IMG/VR virus record: IMGVR_UViG_3300009481_005157
Length of the DNA: 64,000 nt
Source of the DNA: an uncultured virus (IMG/VR IMGVR_UViG_3300009481_005157)
Lineage: Duplodnaviria > Heunggongvirae > Uroviricota > Caudoviricetes
Direction: 5' to 3' (one strand)
Of the stretch, positions 1 to 9,173 are shown in pieces. Both the position numbers and the translations under genes were made by a program. The notes beneath the pieces were generated by a model, which saw nothing but the letters and a program-made list of their open reading frames with translations, had not been told where the DNA came from and did not search any database. Every line of letters starts with the position of its first letter. Position 1 is the first letter of the stretch.

Positions 1-669
1 ATGACTGACTACATAATTAGCGCAGATAAATTCGTAGCCGACCAGATAAGAAATATTAAGTATACGGATTCGCCAAAGATTCAGAGCGTATCTGATCACA
101 TAACCATTGCTTGGGATGATATACTTCCAGATCCGCCATCTAATGATAGCGAGATTACCAAGAGGGAAGTTCTATACCTTTCTCGACTAACAAAAAATAG
201 AAGTAACTCTCAATTAGACTTGATAAAATTAGTTGACGAAGAACCCAACGACTTATATCATAAGACGCTTAAGGGCTTAAACTTGGAATTTCCCAATGAT
301 ATATTCCAGAAATCATGGTCGATTATAAATCCCGTAATTCAAAATCTCAAAAACATCCACAACAGGCCGAGGCCGTACCAGCTAGCGGACAAGTATGGGG
401 TCTCCATCAATCTATTTGATTCAAAAACTGCTCAAACCCCGGCATATCCCTCTGGGCACACAGCCTACGCTGCTTTGGGCGCATGTATATTGGCGGCAAA
501 ATATCCGCAATTTGCAGAACATTTTTTCGACAAGGTTAGCACAGCCGGTATGGCCAGAATGCTAATGGGTGTACACTATCCCTCTGATAACGAAGCTTCG
601 ATGATCATTACGGGTGCCTTGTGGGAAGATATTCGTTACAAACTCTTTCCAGAATTGCCAAACTTTTAG
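1..669 (+). CDS. PAP2-superfamily phosphatase (acid phosphatase / vanadium haloperoxidase-like)
   Basis: All three PAP2 motifs are present: K-x6-RP (KNIHNRPRP), PSGH and R-x5-H-x3-D (ARMLMGVHYPSD). It begins at the window edge, so the true start is unverified. Confidence 0.85.
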   Translation: MTDYIISADKFVADQIRNIKYTDSPKIQSVSDHITIAWDDILPDPPSNDSEITKREVLYLSRLTKNRSNSQLDLIKLVDEEPNDLYHKTLKGLNLEFPNDIFQKSWSIINPVIQNLKNIHNRPRPYQLADKYGVSINLFDSKTAQTPAYPSGHTAYAALGACILAAKYPQFAEHFFDKVSTAGMARMLMGVHYPSDNEASMIITGALWEDIRYKLFPELPNF

Positions 670-677
670 GAGGTAAA

Positions 678-1310
678 ATGACTAACTATATATCAGAAGC
701 CGATAGTGAATACTACTTTGAATCATACGGCTCAGAAGAAGAACTAACGGAAGACAATTATATAGTTCCCCAAGAGGAGGATTATGTCTCTGCTGACGAA
801 GTTTTCTATGAAGAATCTGAAGTGGAAGAACTAGACCTTTCTGTTGCAAAGCCGGGGCTTTGGGAAAACATACGCAAAAAGAAAGAGCGTGAGGGCAAAA
901 AATACAAACCTGCCAAGAAGGGTGATCCAGATAGACCCGACCCAGAATCTTGGAAGAAAGCGCAAAATAGCTTTAAGTATAGAGACCCTAAAACTGGTCA
1001 GGTATATGAGTATGACCGTAGAGGGGTGTACAAAAAGGACGGTAGGGCGCTAATACCTGTCAGGGCAGCCGAATACCAAGGCAGAAAAGTGAAGCTGGGT
1101 AAACCATTTAGAACTCCAGATGGTCCTAAAAAGATGTCAGTATATGTTAAAAATGATAAAGGTAATGTAGTCAAGGTCAACTTTGGTGACCCCAACATGA
1201 AGAATAAGAAGAGCGATCCCGGAAGAAGAAAAAACTTTCGTGCTCGCCATAACTGCGATAATCCGGGGCCAAGATGGAAAGCTAGATATTGGTCCTGTCG
1301 AGCTTGGTAA
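678..1310 (+). CDS. Hypothetical phage protein with acidic N-terminus and basic Cys-containing C-terminal module
   Basis: Strong SD (AGGAGG) before ATG 678. The C-terminal module KVNFGDPNM...RRKNFRARHNC...ARYWSC resembles a widespread phage domain of unknown function. Confidence 0.65.
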   Translation: MTNYISEADSEYYFESYGSEEELTEDNYIVPQEEDYVSADEVFYEESEVEELDLSVAKPGLWENIRKKKEREGKKYKPAKKGDPDRPDPESWKKAQNSFKYRDPKTGQVYEYDRRGVYKKDGRALIPVRAAEYQGRKVKLGKPFRTPDGPKKMSVYVKNDKGNVVKVNFGDPNMKNKKSDPGRRKNFRARHNCDNPGPRWKARYWSCRAW

Positions 1311-1326
1311 TTTTTTTATTTTTGTA

Positions 1327-1355
1327 TTGCTTTTAGCCAAGCTTTAGACTATTAT
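1327..1355 (+). promoter_or_regulatory. sigma70-like promoter upstream of dnaE-N
   Basis: TTGCTT (1327-1332), 17-bp spacer, TATTAT (1350-1355), with a T-rich upstream tract, in the intergenic gap. Confidence 0.55.
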
Positions 1356-1440
1356 ATGTCAGGTATTCACTACCACAGTTTTGGCGGTTCTGCACAAAAA
1401 CCGTCTTTATATTGAATTTAACATTGAACGAGGACAGAAA

Positions 1441-3072
1441 ATGGATTGGTTTCCACTGTGTAACTTTACACACTATTCGCTTCAAAGGGGCTTTTCTAAG
1501 CCTAAGCAGCTCGCTCAAAAATGCCGAGAAAACTCTTATCCAGCGTGCGGCATTGCTGACTATAAGTCCATATCCGGAGCTGTCGCTTTCTACAACGCTT
1601 GTATTGCCAAAGACATCAAGCCAATCTTAGGCTGCTCCTTCGATGACTTCTCTCTTTTTGCCAAAAACAAAGATGGCTGGCTTGAGCTTATACAGATGGT
1701 TTCCTCCCTATCTAAAGAGGGCAAGCCTGACGCTGAACTGCTGATCAGGCTGTGTAGGAACGAGAATCTGATTTCCGTAGCAGAGGACGAGTCATTGTCG
1801 CCAATACGTGGAGAAGACTTCTATAAGAAGACTACATCATTTCATGCTAGTTACTATACCGAAAAGTCCCATGCACAGCTTCACAGGATCATGCTTTGTT
1901 CCAACATGAAGACAACCCTATCCAAAGTCAACAAGGCTCTGAATAAGGGTCAGGCGGTGGACAACCAAGCTTTCTTTGAGTCCAACGATTTTTTCCTTCG
2001 GGATAAGGTCAGTGCAACCGAACTCCTCATAGAGGGCGGAGATATGGATTCCTTTGCAGAGATATATCAAAAATGCGAGAACTACAATATTCTCAGCCAG
2101 CCCATGCTGCCAACATTTGAGACCCCCAGCGGAGAGTCCGAAAAAGACTTTCTAAGACAGTTGGCCAGAGAAGGCTGGAAAAAGTTGCTTGACAGCACGA
2201 TTACAGAGGGGGAAGACCGGAAAACTTATGGAGATAGGTTCAGAAAAGAATACGAAGTTATTGAGAAGGCAAATCTTTTTGGCTACTTTCTGATAGTATG
2301 GGACATACTGAACTACTGTAGAGACCAAGGCTGGATGGTGGGTCCGGGCAGAGGATCTGCCGCTGGATGCCTAATCTCCTATCTCGTAGGAATTACCCAA
2401 ATTGACCCAATTGAATTTGATCTGCTTTTTGAGCGTTTTTACAACGAAGGGCGTAATACAAAAGATCACATTTCCCTACCCGATATAGACATCGATGTGC
2501 CGGGAGACAAGAGGGATGAAATCATCGCGCACCTAAAACAGAAGTACGGGCAGGACAACGTAAGCCAAATGCTTACCTTCGGTCGCCTACAGGGTAGAAG
2601 TGCGATTAAAGAGGTACTCAGAGTAAACAGCGCCTGCGGCTTCGGAGAAATGAACGAAATAACAAAATACATTCCAGATGAAGCCGCCATCTCCGATCAA
2701 CTCGCAGAGATGGATGAAGAGGATAGATCGATCATCAAATGGGCATTAATAAATAACGCAGACGATCTTAGAGACTATTGTCATATTAATGAGGACGGAG
2801 AGCTAAAGGGAGACTTCTCAGAATTCTTCTCGCAAGCTATTGATATAGAGGGAACTTTTAAAACTCAGGGCAAGCACGCTGCTGGAGTTGTAATTTCAGC
2901 GGAACCACTTTTTAAAGTCTGTCCAATGGTTAGCCAAAGAAGCGGCGGGGAAAAAATCGCTGGCTTGGAAATGGCTGATCTTGAGGCTTTAGGACACGTT
3001 AAATTTGACGTGCTTGGTATTAACCTACTGGACAAACTGATGAAAATCAAGGAGCTAATTAATGAATCGTGA
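1441..3072 (+). CDS. dnaE: DNA polymerase III alpha, N-terminal part (degenerate PHP + palm/thumb)
   Basis: GPGRGSAAG, LLFERF, PDIDID and KFDVLG (all three catalytic Asp), plus GKHAAGVVI. SD GAGGA precedes ATG 1441. Confidence 0.93.
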   Translation: MDWFPLCNFTHYSLQRGFSKPKQLAQKCRENSYPACGIADYKSISGAVAFYNACIAKDIKPILGCSFDDFSLFAKNKDGWLELIQMVSSLSKEGKPDAELLIRLCRNENLISVAEDESLSPIRGEDFYKKTTSFHASYYTEKSHAQLHRIMLCSNMKTTLSKVNKALNKGQAVDNQAFFESNDFFLRDKVSATELLIEGGDMDSFAEIYQKCENYNILSQPMLPTFETPSGESEKDFLRQLAREGWKKLLDSTITEGEDRKTYGDRFRKEYEVIEKANLFGYFLIVWDILNYCRDQGWMVGPGRGSAAGCLISYLVGITQIDPIEFDLLFERFYNEGRNTKDHISLPDIDIDVPGDKRDEIIAHLKQKYGQDNVSQMLTFGRLQGRSAIKEVLRVNSACGFGEMNEITKYIPDEAAISDQLAEMDEEDRSIIKWALINNADDLRDYCHINEDGELKGDFSEFFSQAIDIEGTFKTQGKHAAGVVISAEPLFKVCPMVSQRSGGEKIAGLEMADLEALGHVKFDVLGINLLDKLMKIKELINES

Positions 3073-3736
3073 TATTATTGTATTTGACTTTGAGACTGGT
3101 GGTAGGAACCCCATGAAATGTCAGCCAACACAGATCGCAGCTATTGCGCTGGATGGTAGAAACTTCAGACTTAAGGGCGAGTTTAATAGCATGATGCGCC
3201 CCATCATTGACGACGAGGAGGCAATTGCGGCTGGGGTTGACCCAATAGAGGAGGGCGCTTTGAAAGTTACTGGCCAGACAAGGGCTAAACTGGCGAGAGC
3301 ACCCCTACCGAAGGGTGTGTGGAAAAAGTTTTGTGCATTTGTTAATAAGTATAACTGGAAAGGCACTCCCTATTTCGCTCCGATCCCAGCCGGATTCAAC
3401 ATCATTGGGTATGACATGCATATTGTTAATAGGCTATGTAAGGAGTTTGGGCCTTGGGATGATAACAGGCAGCAGCAAAAGCTATTCCATCAGATCTACA
3501 AGATAGATGTAATGGATGATGTATGGCTGTGGACTGAGGGAGACCCAGATGTTAAGTCGATCAGTATGGACAGCCTTAGAGAAAGAATGGGACTTTCCAG
3601 CGAAAATGCTCACGATGCCCTACAGGATGTAAAAGATACTGCTAACATCTTTATTAAATTGCAAAAGTCACGACGTGCAGTATACAGAAATATGAAATTT
3701 GAAAAGGCTTTTGCAGACGGAAAACTTTTTGTTTAG
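3062..3736 (+). CDS. DEDDh 3'-5' exonuclease (DnaQ/epsilon-like)
   Basis: ExoI VFDFETGG, ExoII GFNIIGYD and ExoIII AHDALQD. Has its own SD (AAGGAG). Confidence 0.9.
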   Translation: MNRDIIVFDFETGGRNPMKCQPTQIAAIALDGRNFRLKGEFNSMMRPIIDDEEAIAAGVDPIEEGALKVTGQTRAKLARAPLPKGVWKKFCAFVNKYNWKGTPYFAPIPAGFNIIGYDMHIVNRLCKEFGPWDDNRQQQKLFHQIYKIDVMDDVWLWTEGDPDVKSISMDSLRERMGLSSENAHDALQDVKDTANIFIKLQKSRRAVYRNMKFEKAFADGKLFV

Positions 3737-3748
3737 AGTTGGATACGA

Positions 3749-5314
3749 ATGATTGACTTAAAAGACCAAAAATCTTGGAATCTCTACAAGGACGGGATGA
3801 CCAAGGGACTATTTCAGCTAGAAAGTAATCTCGGAAGGGCTTGGTCAAAGAGACTAGCCCCGGAGAACATAGAGGAGTTAGCTGCACTGATTGCGCTTAT
3901 CCGTCCCGGATGCCTTAAAGCGATCATTGACGGAAAGTCTATGACCCAGAGGTTTGTAGATAGGAAGCACAAAAAGGAAGAGGTTAGCTATCTCCATGAG
4001 TCACTAGAAAGCATCCTCAAGCCAACCTATGGTGTTCTTGTGTATCAAGAGCAGGCGATGCTTATAGCCGTTCAATTGGCAGGTTTCAGCGAGATGGAGG
4101 CGGACAACCTCCGTAAAGCCATCGGCAAGAAGAAAGCGGACTTAATGGCGCAGGTGAAGGAAGCTTTTCTAAAGGGTGCGGCAAATAAGGGCATCGTCAC
4201 CTCGGAGGAGGCAGAGGAGATATTTGGCTGGATTGAAAAGTCCTCACGATACTCCTTTAACAAATCCCATGCGGTTGCCTATGCGGTAGACTCATTTTGG
4301 TCTGCATACTACAAGGCCAACTTCACCAAGGAATTCTTCCTGTCCTACCTATTCTACGCAAATGAAAAGCAAGATCCTCATCGGGAAATCTACGAGCTAG
4401 TTAACGAGGCTAAACTATTTAATATTGAAGTAAAGGTTCCTAAACTAAGCAACTTCTCCACAAAGTTCGCCATTAAAGAAGATGGAATATGCTTTGGGAT
4501 TAAGGATATCAAAAGCCTTACTGGTGTCACTGGCGACAAAGTTATTGCAGCCATTGAGGATACGTCGCAAGAGATCAGTAAGGAACCAAAAGACTTCACT
4601 TGGATGGATATCCTAGTTTACTTGGCTCCTAAAATCAATTCCACAGCCTTTAAAGCCTTGGCGTCGATAGGGTTCTTCTCAACAAGAGTCACTGGAGTGA
4701 CAAGAAATCAGGCGTTGTATGAATACTTGATATTTAGGGAGCTTACCAAGACAGAGGTAAAATGGGTTACTGTCAACTATCCCGATAAAAAATGGGACAA
4801 ACTAGGTAACTGCTTTGGGGAACTATGTCCCACGAAAAAGCTCGGTGGGGGTTGTAGTAACATAAACAGAAGCCAGATCGTTGAAAATGAAATAGAGATG
4901 CTGAAGAACCCACCGTACGATCTCAGCGATGACCCAGCTTGGATTATAGACCAAGAGACTAAAATGCTTGGGTGTCCAGTTTCGTTATCTAGAATTGATG
5001 CGGTTGACACATCCATAGCAAACACAAGTTGCAAGGATGTAATGAACGGCAAAAAGGGTAAAGACATATGTATCGTTGCCAACCTACAAAGAGTAGCCAA
5101 TCATAAGATTAACAAGAAAGGTAGCGCCCAGAAGGGAAGGGTAATGTCTTTTTTGACAATCGAAGACGCCACATGCTCGCTAGATAGCGTCATTATTTTC
5201 CCAGATGTACGAGACAAATATCAGTTTATATTATATGAGGGGAATAATGTTATGCTTTGTGGCGAAGTCGGTAAAGACAGCTCATTTATTGTTGACAAAA
5301 TTCACGAAATTTGA
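3749..5314 (+). CDS. dnaE: DNA polymerase III alpha, C-terminal part (fingers, HhH, OB fold)
   Basis: GLFQLES, ALIRPG, TYGVLVYQEQ, LRKAIGKKK and YSFNKSHAVAY. C-terminal OB fold (MSFLTIEDATCSLDSVIIF). Confidence 0.93.
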   Translation: MIDLKDQKSWNLYKDGMTKGLFQLESNLGRAWSKRLAPENIEELAALIALIRPGCLKAIIDGKSMTQRFVDRKHKKEEVSYLHESLESILKPTYGVLVYQEQAMLIAVQLAGFSEMEADNLRKAIGKKKADLMAQVKEAFLKGAANKGIVTSEEAEEIFGWIEKSSRYSFNKSHAVAYAVDSFWSAYYKANFTKEFFLSYLFYANEKQDPHREIYELVNEAKLFNIEVKVPKLSNFSTKFAIKEDGICFGIKDIKSLTGVTGDKVIAAIEDTSQEISKEPKDFTWMDILVYLAPKINSTAFKALASIGFFSTRVTGVTRNQALYEYLIFRELTKTEVKWVTVNYPDKKWDKLGNCFGELCPTKKLGGGCSNINRSQIVENEIEMLKNPPYDLSDDPAWIIDQETKMLGCPVSLSRIDAVDTSIANTSCKDVMNGKKGKDICIVANLQRVANHKINKKGSAQKGRVMSFLTIEDATCSLDSVIIFPDVRDKYQFILYEGNNVMLCGEVGKDSSFIVDKIHEI

Positions 5315-5343
5315 TTGGAACTTTTATTTGTGACTACTATAAT
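5315..5343 (+). promoter_or_regulatory. sigma70-like promoter upstream of ssb and the glycan operon
   Basis: TTGGAA (5315-5320), 17-bp spacer, perfect TATAAT (5338-5343). Confidence 0.6.
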
Positions 5344-5364
5344 GTAGTATCTAAGGAAAATTAT

Positions 5365-5682
5365 ATGAATAATTGTACGTTTACAGGATACCTATATGGT
5401 GACCCTGAGATTGACGTAGATGAAGATAGCGGTGCGGAATATTGCGAGTTTACCCTAACCGTTTACGAATACGTCAGAAACAAAAGGGGTGAAAAGAAGA
5501 GATATCCCACCTTCCTCAGACTGAGAGCTTGGGATAGCGGAGGAAGAACCATTGCCAAACTAGGAAAGTCTGGCATGAAGATGACAGTTACCGCTTCGGC
5601 AAAAAACATGCAGCCTGAAGACGATACGCTGATTACGTTTAGAGTAAACCAATTTGACTTCGGATGTCTGGATAAGGAATAA
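5365..5682 (+). CDS. ssb: Single-stranded DNA-binding protein (OB fold only)
   Basis: MNNCTFTGYLYGDPE...FTLTV...TFLRLRAW pattern of bacterial-type SSB. SD AAGGA. No acidic C-terminal tip. Confidence 0.75.
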   Translation: MNNCTFTGYLYGDPEIDVDEDSGAEYCEFTLTVYEYVRNKRGEKKRYPTFLRLRAWDSGGRTIAKLGKSGMKMTVTASAKNMQPEDDTLITFRVNQFDFGCLDKE

Positions 5683-5683
5683 C

Positions 5684-7363
5684 ATGAGGAAGAAAAGAAT
5701 TTTATTTTGTAGCGAAGCTACGTTTCTAAATACGGGTTACGCTACTTATACTAGGGAGATTCTTAACTATCTTCATGGTACTGGAAAATACGAACTTGCC
5801 GAGATGTCATCGTATGGGCAGAGAAATGACCCCAGAGCCAAGGATATACCTTGGGGATACTACGGTATAGCGCCAAACACCGATTGCGAACCCAAGGCAT
5901 CCCAAGAGGAAATCGACGCCTACCATTCCTCTGGAAGCAACCAGTTTGGTGAATGGATATTTGAGCATGTCTGCCTAGACTTCATGCCTGATATTGTCTG
6001 TGATATCCGCGACTTTTGGATGCTTGAATTTGCGGAGCGATCTCCTTATAGGCGGTTATTCAATTGGTGCATCATGCCCACCGTAGACGCAAGGCCACAG
6101 GCCAGACAGTGGGTCGCGTCATACGCTGGTGCGGACGCATGTCTGACTTATTCTGACTGGGCGGGCACAGTCCTTAACGATCAGTCGGGCGGAAGCGTAA
6201 ACCATCTCGGTAGTGCTCCACCATCAGCGCATCCGGCCTACCACCCAGTAGAAGACAAAAGGCTGCACAAGAAAAGATTTGGCTTAGATCCGGACTGCAA
6301 GATAATCGGCACAGTGATGCGAAACCAGCGACGTAAGCTTTATCCGGATTTATTCGAGGCATTTCGCAAATTTCTTGACAATTCACAAGATGACAACGTT
6401 TTTCTCTACTGTCATACTTCATACCCAGACCTCGGCTGGGATATCCCAGAACTCTTGCAGCAGAATAATCTGTCTTCACACGTATTGTTTACATACATAT
6501 GTCCGGAGACAAAAAAGCCTTTCCCGTCACTGTTCAAAGGTGCGGTGATCCAGTCACCATTCACGGGTAAGTGGGGGTCTACTCTCTCCAACGTGAAAAA
6601 TGGCGTATCGTATGAAGACTTATCTTCTATCGTGAACCTGTTTGATCTATATACACAATATGCAAACTGCGAAGGCTTTGGATTGCCATATGTAGAAGCA
6701 GCCGCCTGCGGAGTACCTGTGTGCGGAACTGATTACTCTGCTATGGAGAGCGAGATTAGAAAGCTGGAAGGATTCCCAATCACACCAAAAGCCCTGTATA
6801 AAGAGCTGGAAACTGGATGTTTGAGGGCTGTGCCTGACAATGACTTAGCCGCACAATATTTTGCGACCTTTCTTTCCAAGGGGGATGAAGAGAGGGCAGC
6901 AGAGGGTAGAAGAACGAGGGAAAACTTTGAGAAGCATTTTCAATGGGATATGAGCGGTAAAAAGTGGGAGGACTACTTTGATAGCGTAGCAATCAGAGAC
7001 ATGGGCGAAACTTGGTGTTCGGCTCCAGATATATCACAGCCCGCACCGAAGCCTGAACTGCCCCAAAATGCAAATGCGCTGGATTTGGCTAGATTCTTGA
7101 TTGTGGAGGTTCTTAGGGATAGTTCTAAGCTGAACACATTCTTCGAGTCGAGGCTAACTAGAGACCTAACCTATAGAAGTGCAACGTCTTCAACTGGAGG
7201 TATGTACTTCAACGAGTCTTCTGCCGCGTTTGACGGACTAAACACAAGGAGTAACTTTGATTTTGACATAGCCTATGAAAATATGAACCACCAAAGAAAC
7301 AGGATAAACCAGTGGGAAACCAAGAGGATCGAGACCATGAAGCAGAAGGGGCTTATTCAATAA
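5684..7363 (+). CDS. Glycosyltransferase, GT-B fold (GT4-like)
   Basis: EGFGLPYVEAAACGVPV (Ex7E motif) and GTVMRNQRRK. SD AAGGA before ATG 5684. Confidence 0.9.
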   Translation: MRKKRILFCSEATFLNTGYATYTREILNYLHGTGKYELAEMSSYGQRNDPRAKDIPWGYYGIAPNTDCEPKASQEEIDAYHSSGSNQFGEWIFEHVCLDFMPDIVCDIRDFWMLEFAERSPYRRLFNWCIMPTVDARPQARQWVASYAGADACLTYSDWAGTVLNDQSGGSVNHLGSAPPSAHPAYHPVEDKRLHKKRFGLDPDCKIIGTVMRNQRRKLYPDLFEAFRKFLDNSQDDNVFLYCHTSYPDLGWDIPELLQQNNLSSHVLFTYICPETKKPFPSLFKGAVIQSPFTGKWGSTLSNVKNGVSYEDLSSIVNLFDLYTQYANCEGFGLPYVEAAACGVPVCGTDYSAMESEIRKLEGFPITPKALYKELETGCLRAVPDNDLAAQYFATFLSKGDEERAAEGRRTRENFEKHFQWDMSGKKWEDYFDSVAIRDMGETWCSAPDISQPAPKPELPQNANALDLARFLIVEVLRDSSKLNTFFESRLTRDLTYRSATSSTGGMYFNESSAAFDGLNTRSNFDFDIAYENMNHQRNRINQWETKRIETMKQKGLIQ

Positions 7364-8043
7364 TGCTATTTTTAGAACAGGTCAAAGAGGCCTTCCCGTC
7401 ACTTGAAAATATCTTTGAGGTCGGAGCGCACAGGGGCTATGACATTGAGGAAGTAATGAAGCTCTGGCCGGAGTCGCAAATATATGCCTTTGAGGCCGAC
7501 CCCTTCAACTACGAGATTTGCAGGGATAAGTTCTCCGAGAATAATAATGTACACGTAATTCATGCCGCCGTAACCGACAGAACCGCACCCGTAATCTTCA
7601 ACAGATTCTACGACCTAGAAAGCATACCCGACGACCAGACTATGGTTGGTCAAAACTTGCAAAATACAGGTCAAGGCTCTATACTAAAATCCGGTAAGGG
7701 TATGACAGAAATATTTAAAGTCAAGGATGTTGTCGAGGAGATAGAAGTAGATGGAATATGTCTAAATGATTTTTGTGTGAACAATAACATTGAAAGTATA
7801 GACGCCATTTTCATGGATGTTCAAGGGGCTGAAATGCAGGTGCTAAAAGGCTGTCAGGACATGCTATCTTCTTTAAAGGCGACGATCCTAGAATGGTCTA
7901 GCAGATATGTCATGTATGAGGGTGAGACCGACTTCATTTTTATAAAGAAGTTTTTGGAAGACAACAGTTTCGAGGAAGTCGCAAGAGAGTATCAATTTGA
8001 GGGTATATCTGGCGACTCACTATTTTTAAGGATCAATAAATGA
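7363..8043 (+). CDS. FkbM-family SAM methyltransferase
   Basis: FEVGAHRG, YAFEAD and MDVQGAE. TAATG coupling to the upstream gene. Confidence 0.88.
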   Translation: MLFLEQVKEAFPSLENIFEVGAHRGYDIEEVMKLWPESQIYAFEADPFNYEICRDKFSENNNVHVIHAAVTDRTAPVIFNRFYDLESIPDDQTMVGQNLQNTGQGSILKSGKGMTEIFKVKDVVEEIEVDGICLNDFCVNNNIESIDAIFMDVQGAEMQVLKGCQDMLSSLKATILEWSSRYVMYEGETDFIFIKKFLEDNSFEEVAREYQFEGISGDSLFLRINK

Positions 8044-9173
8044 AGGTACTTTACATAGGGCACTACAGGGAGTTTGGCGGATGGGCCGAAGCTGCCAAGG
8101 GATATATGCTGGCCTTGGATTCGGCTGGGATTGATGTAGTTTGCAGGAATGTGACACTAACTCAGGACAGGCCTATATCCGAAGAACTCAAAAAGTTTGA
8201 GGACAAGGATACGGACAATTGCGATATCTGCATACAGCATGTATTGCCACACCATCTTTGCGGATCAACCAAATTTAAAAAGAACATAGCCTTCTTGGCC
8301 TCTGAATCTGTTAGTATAAAACACCATCCTTGGTTTGATTTCTTAAAGCAGATGGATTCTGTTTGGGTTCCAAACGGCTCCTCTAAAAGCTTCCTAGATA
8401 GCGACGGTTTGGGAGTGCCCGTTTCTGTGGTTCCTCACACATTTGACACATCCAAATACAAGAAGAAATACAATACCCTCGACATCCCAGAGACTGATGG
8501 CAAGTTTACATTCTACTATATAGGCGATCTGAATGACAGAAAGAATCTAGAATCCGTAATTACGTGCTTCCATAGTGAATTTGATATTGCAGAAAACGCG
8601 CAGCTCTTAATCAAGGTAAATAAATTTGGGAAGCAGCCAGAAGAAATTCACGCAATGGTTGAACAGAAGCTTCTGCAAGTCAAATCTACACTACGGATGT
8701 ACAGTGATATTCGTCGATACAGGAAGGACATCATCATACCAAATGAGGTGAACGATGAGGCGCTTTGCGCATTGCATCAACAATTAGACTGCTTCATTTG
8801 CCCATCCCACGGCGAAGCGTGGTCGATTCCATCATTCGACGCTATGGCTTTCGGTAGCACGCCCATATGCAGCAATTTCGGTGGTCCTCCGCAATTTATA
8901 TCGGATGACGAGAAGACAGGATTCTGTGCAGATGGAGTATTTTCTACCTGTAAATCTGCCGACTCTGCGTTTCCTGACCTATTTACTGGCAGGGAGTATT
9001 GGTTTACACCCTGTGAAATGCAAATCAGGAAGCAAATGAGAAAGTACTATGAAGCCTACAGTGAAAACCCAATAAAGTGGGGCGTAGAAGCCAAGGCTGC
9101 TGGCCTCAAGCAGGCGGAAAACTTCTCCTACGAGGCCATTGGACAACTCATGAAGGAAATACTTAATGACTAA
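8040..9173 (+). CDS. Glycosyltransferase, GT-B fold (GT4-like)
   Basis: DRKNL and PSHGEAWSIPSFDAMAFG. Confidence 0.88.
   Translation: MKVLYIGHYREFGGWAEAAKGYMLALDSAGIDVVCRNVTLTQDRPISEELKKFEDKDTDNCDICIQHVLPHHLCGSTKFKKNIAFLASESVSIKHHPWFDFLKQMDSVWVPNGSSKSFLDSDGLGVPVSVVPHTFDTSKYKKKYNTLDIPETDGKFTFYYIGDLNDRKNLESVITCFHSEFDIAENAQLLIKVNKFGKQPEEIHAMVEQKLLQVKSTLRMYSDIRRYRKDIIIPNEVNDEALCALHQQLDCFICPSHGEAWSIPSFDAMAFGSTPICSNFGGPPQFISDDEKTGFCADGVFSTCKSADSAFPDLFTGREYWFTPCEMQIRKQMRKYYEAYSENPIKWGVEAKAAGLKQAENFSYEAIGQLMKEILND

Noticed and set aside
3040..3790. Split intein or group I intron at the dnaE break
   Set aside because: No intein blocks (N-terminal C/S, C-terminal HN followed by C/S/T) flank the break. 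The intervening ORF is an exonuclease with its own SD, not a homing nuclease, and there is no room for intron RNA.
5292..5297. Perfect TTGACA as the -35 of the ssb promoter
   Set aside because: It lies 40 nt from the TATAAT and inside dnaE-C. TTGGAA at 5315 gives the correct 17-bp spacing.
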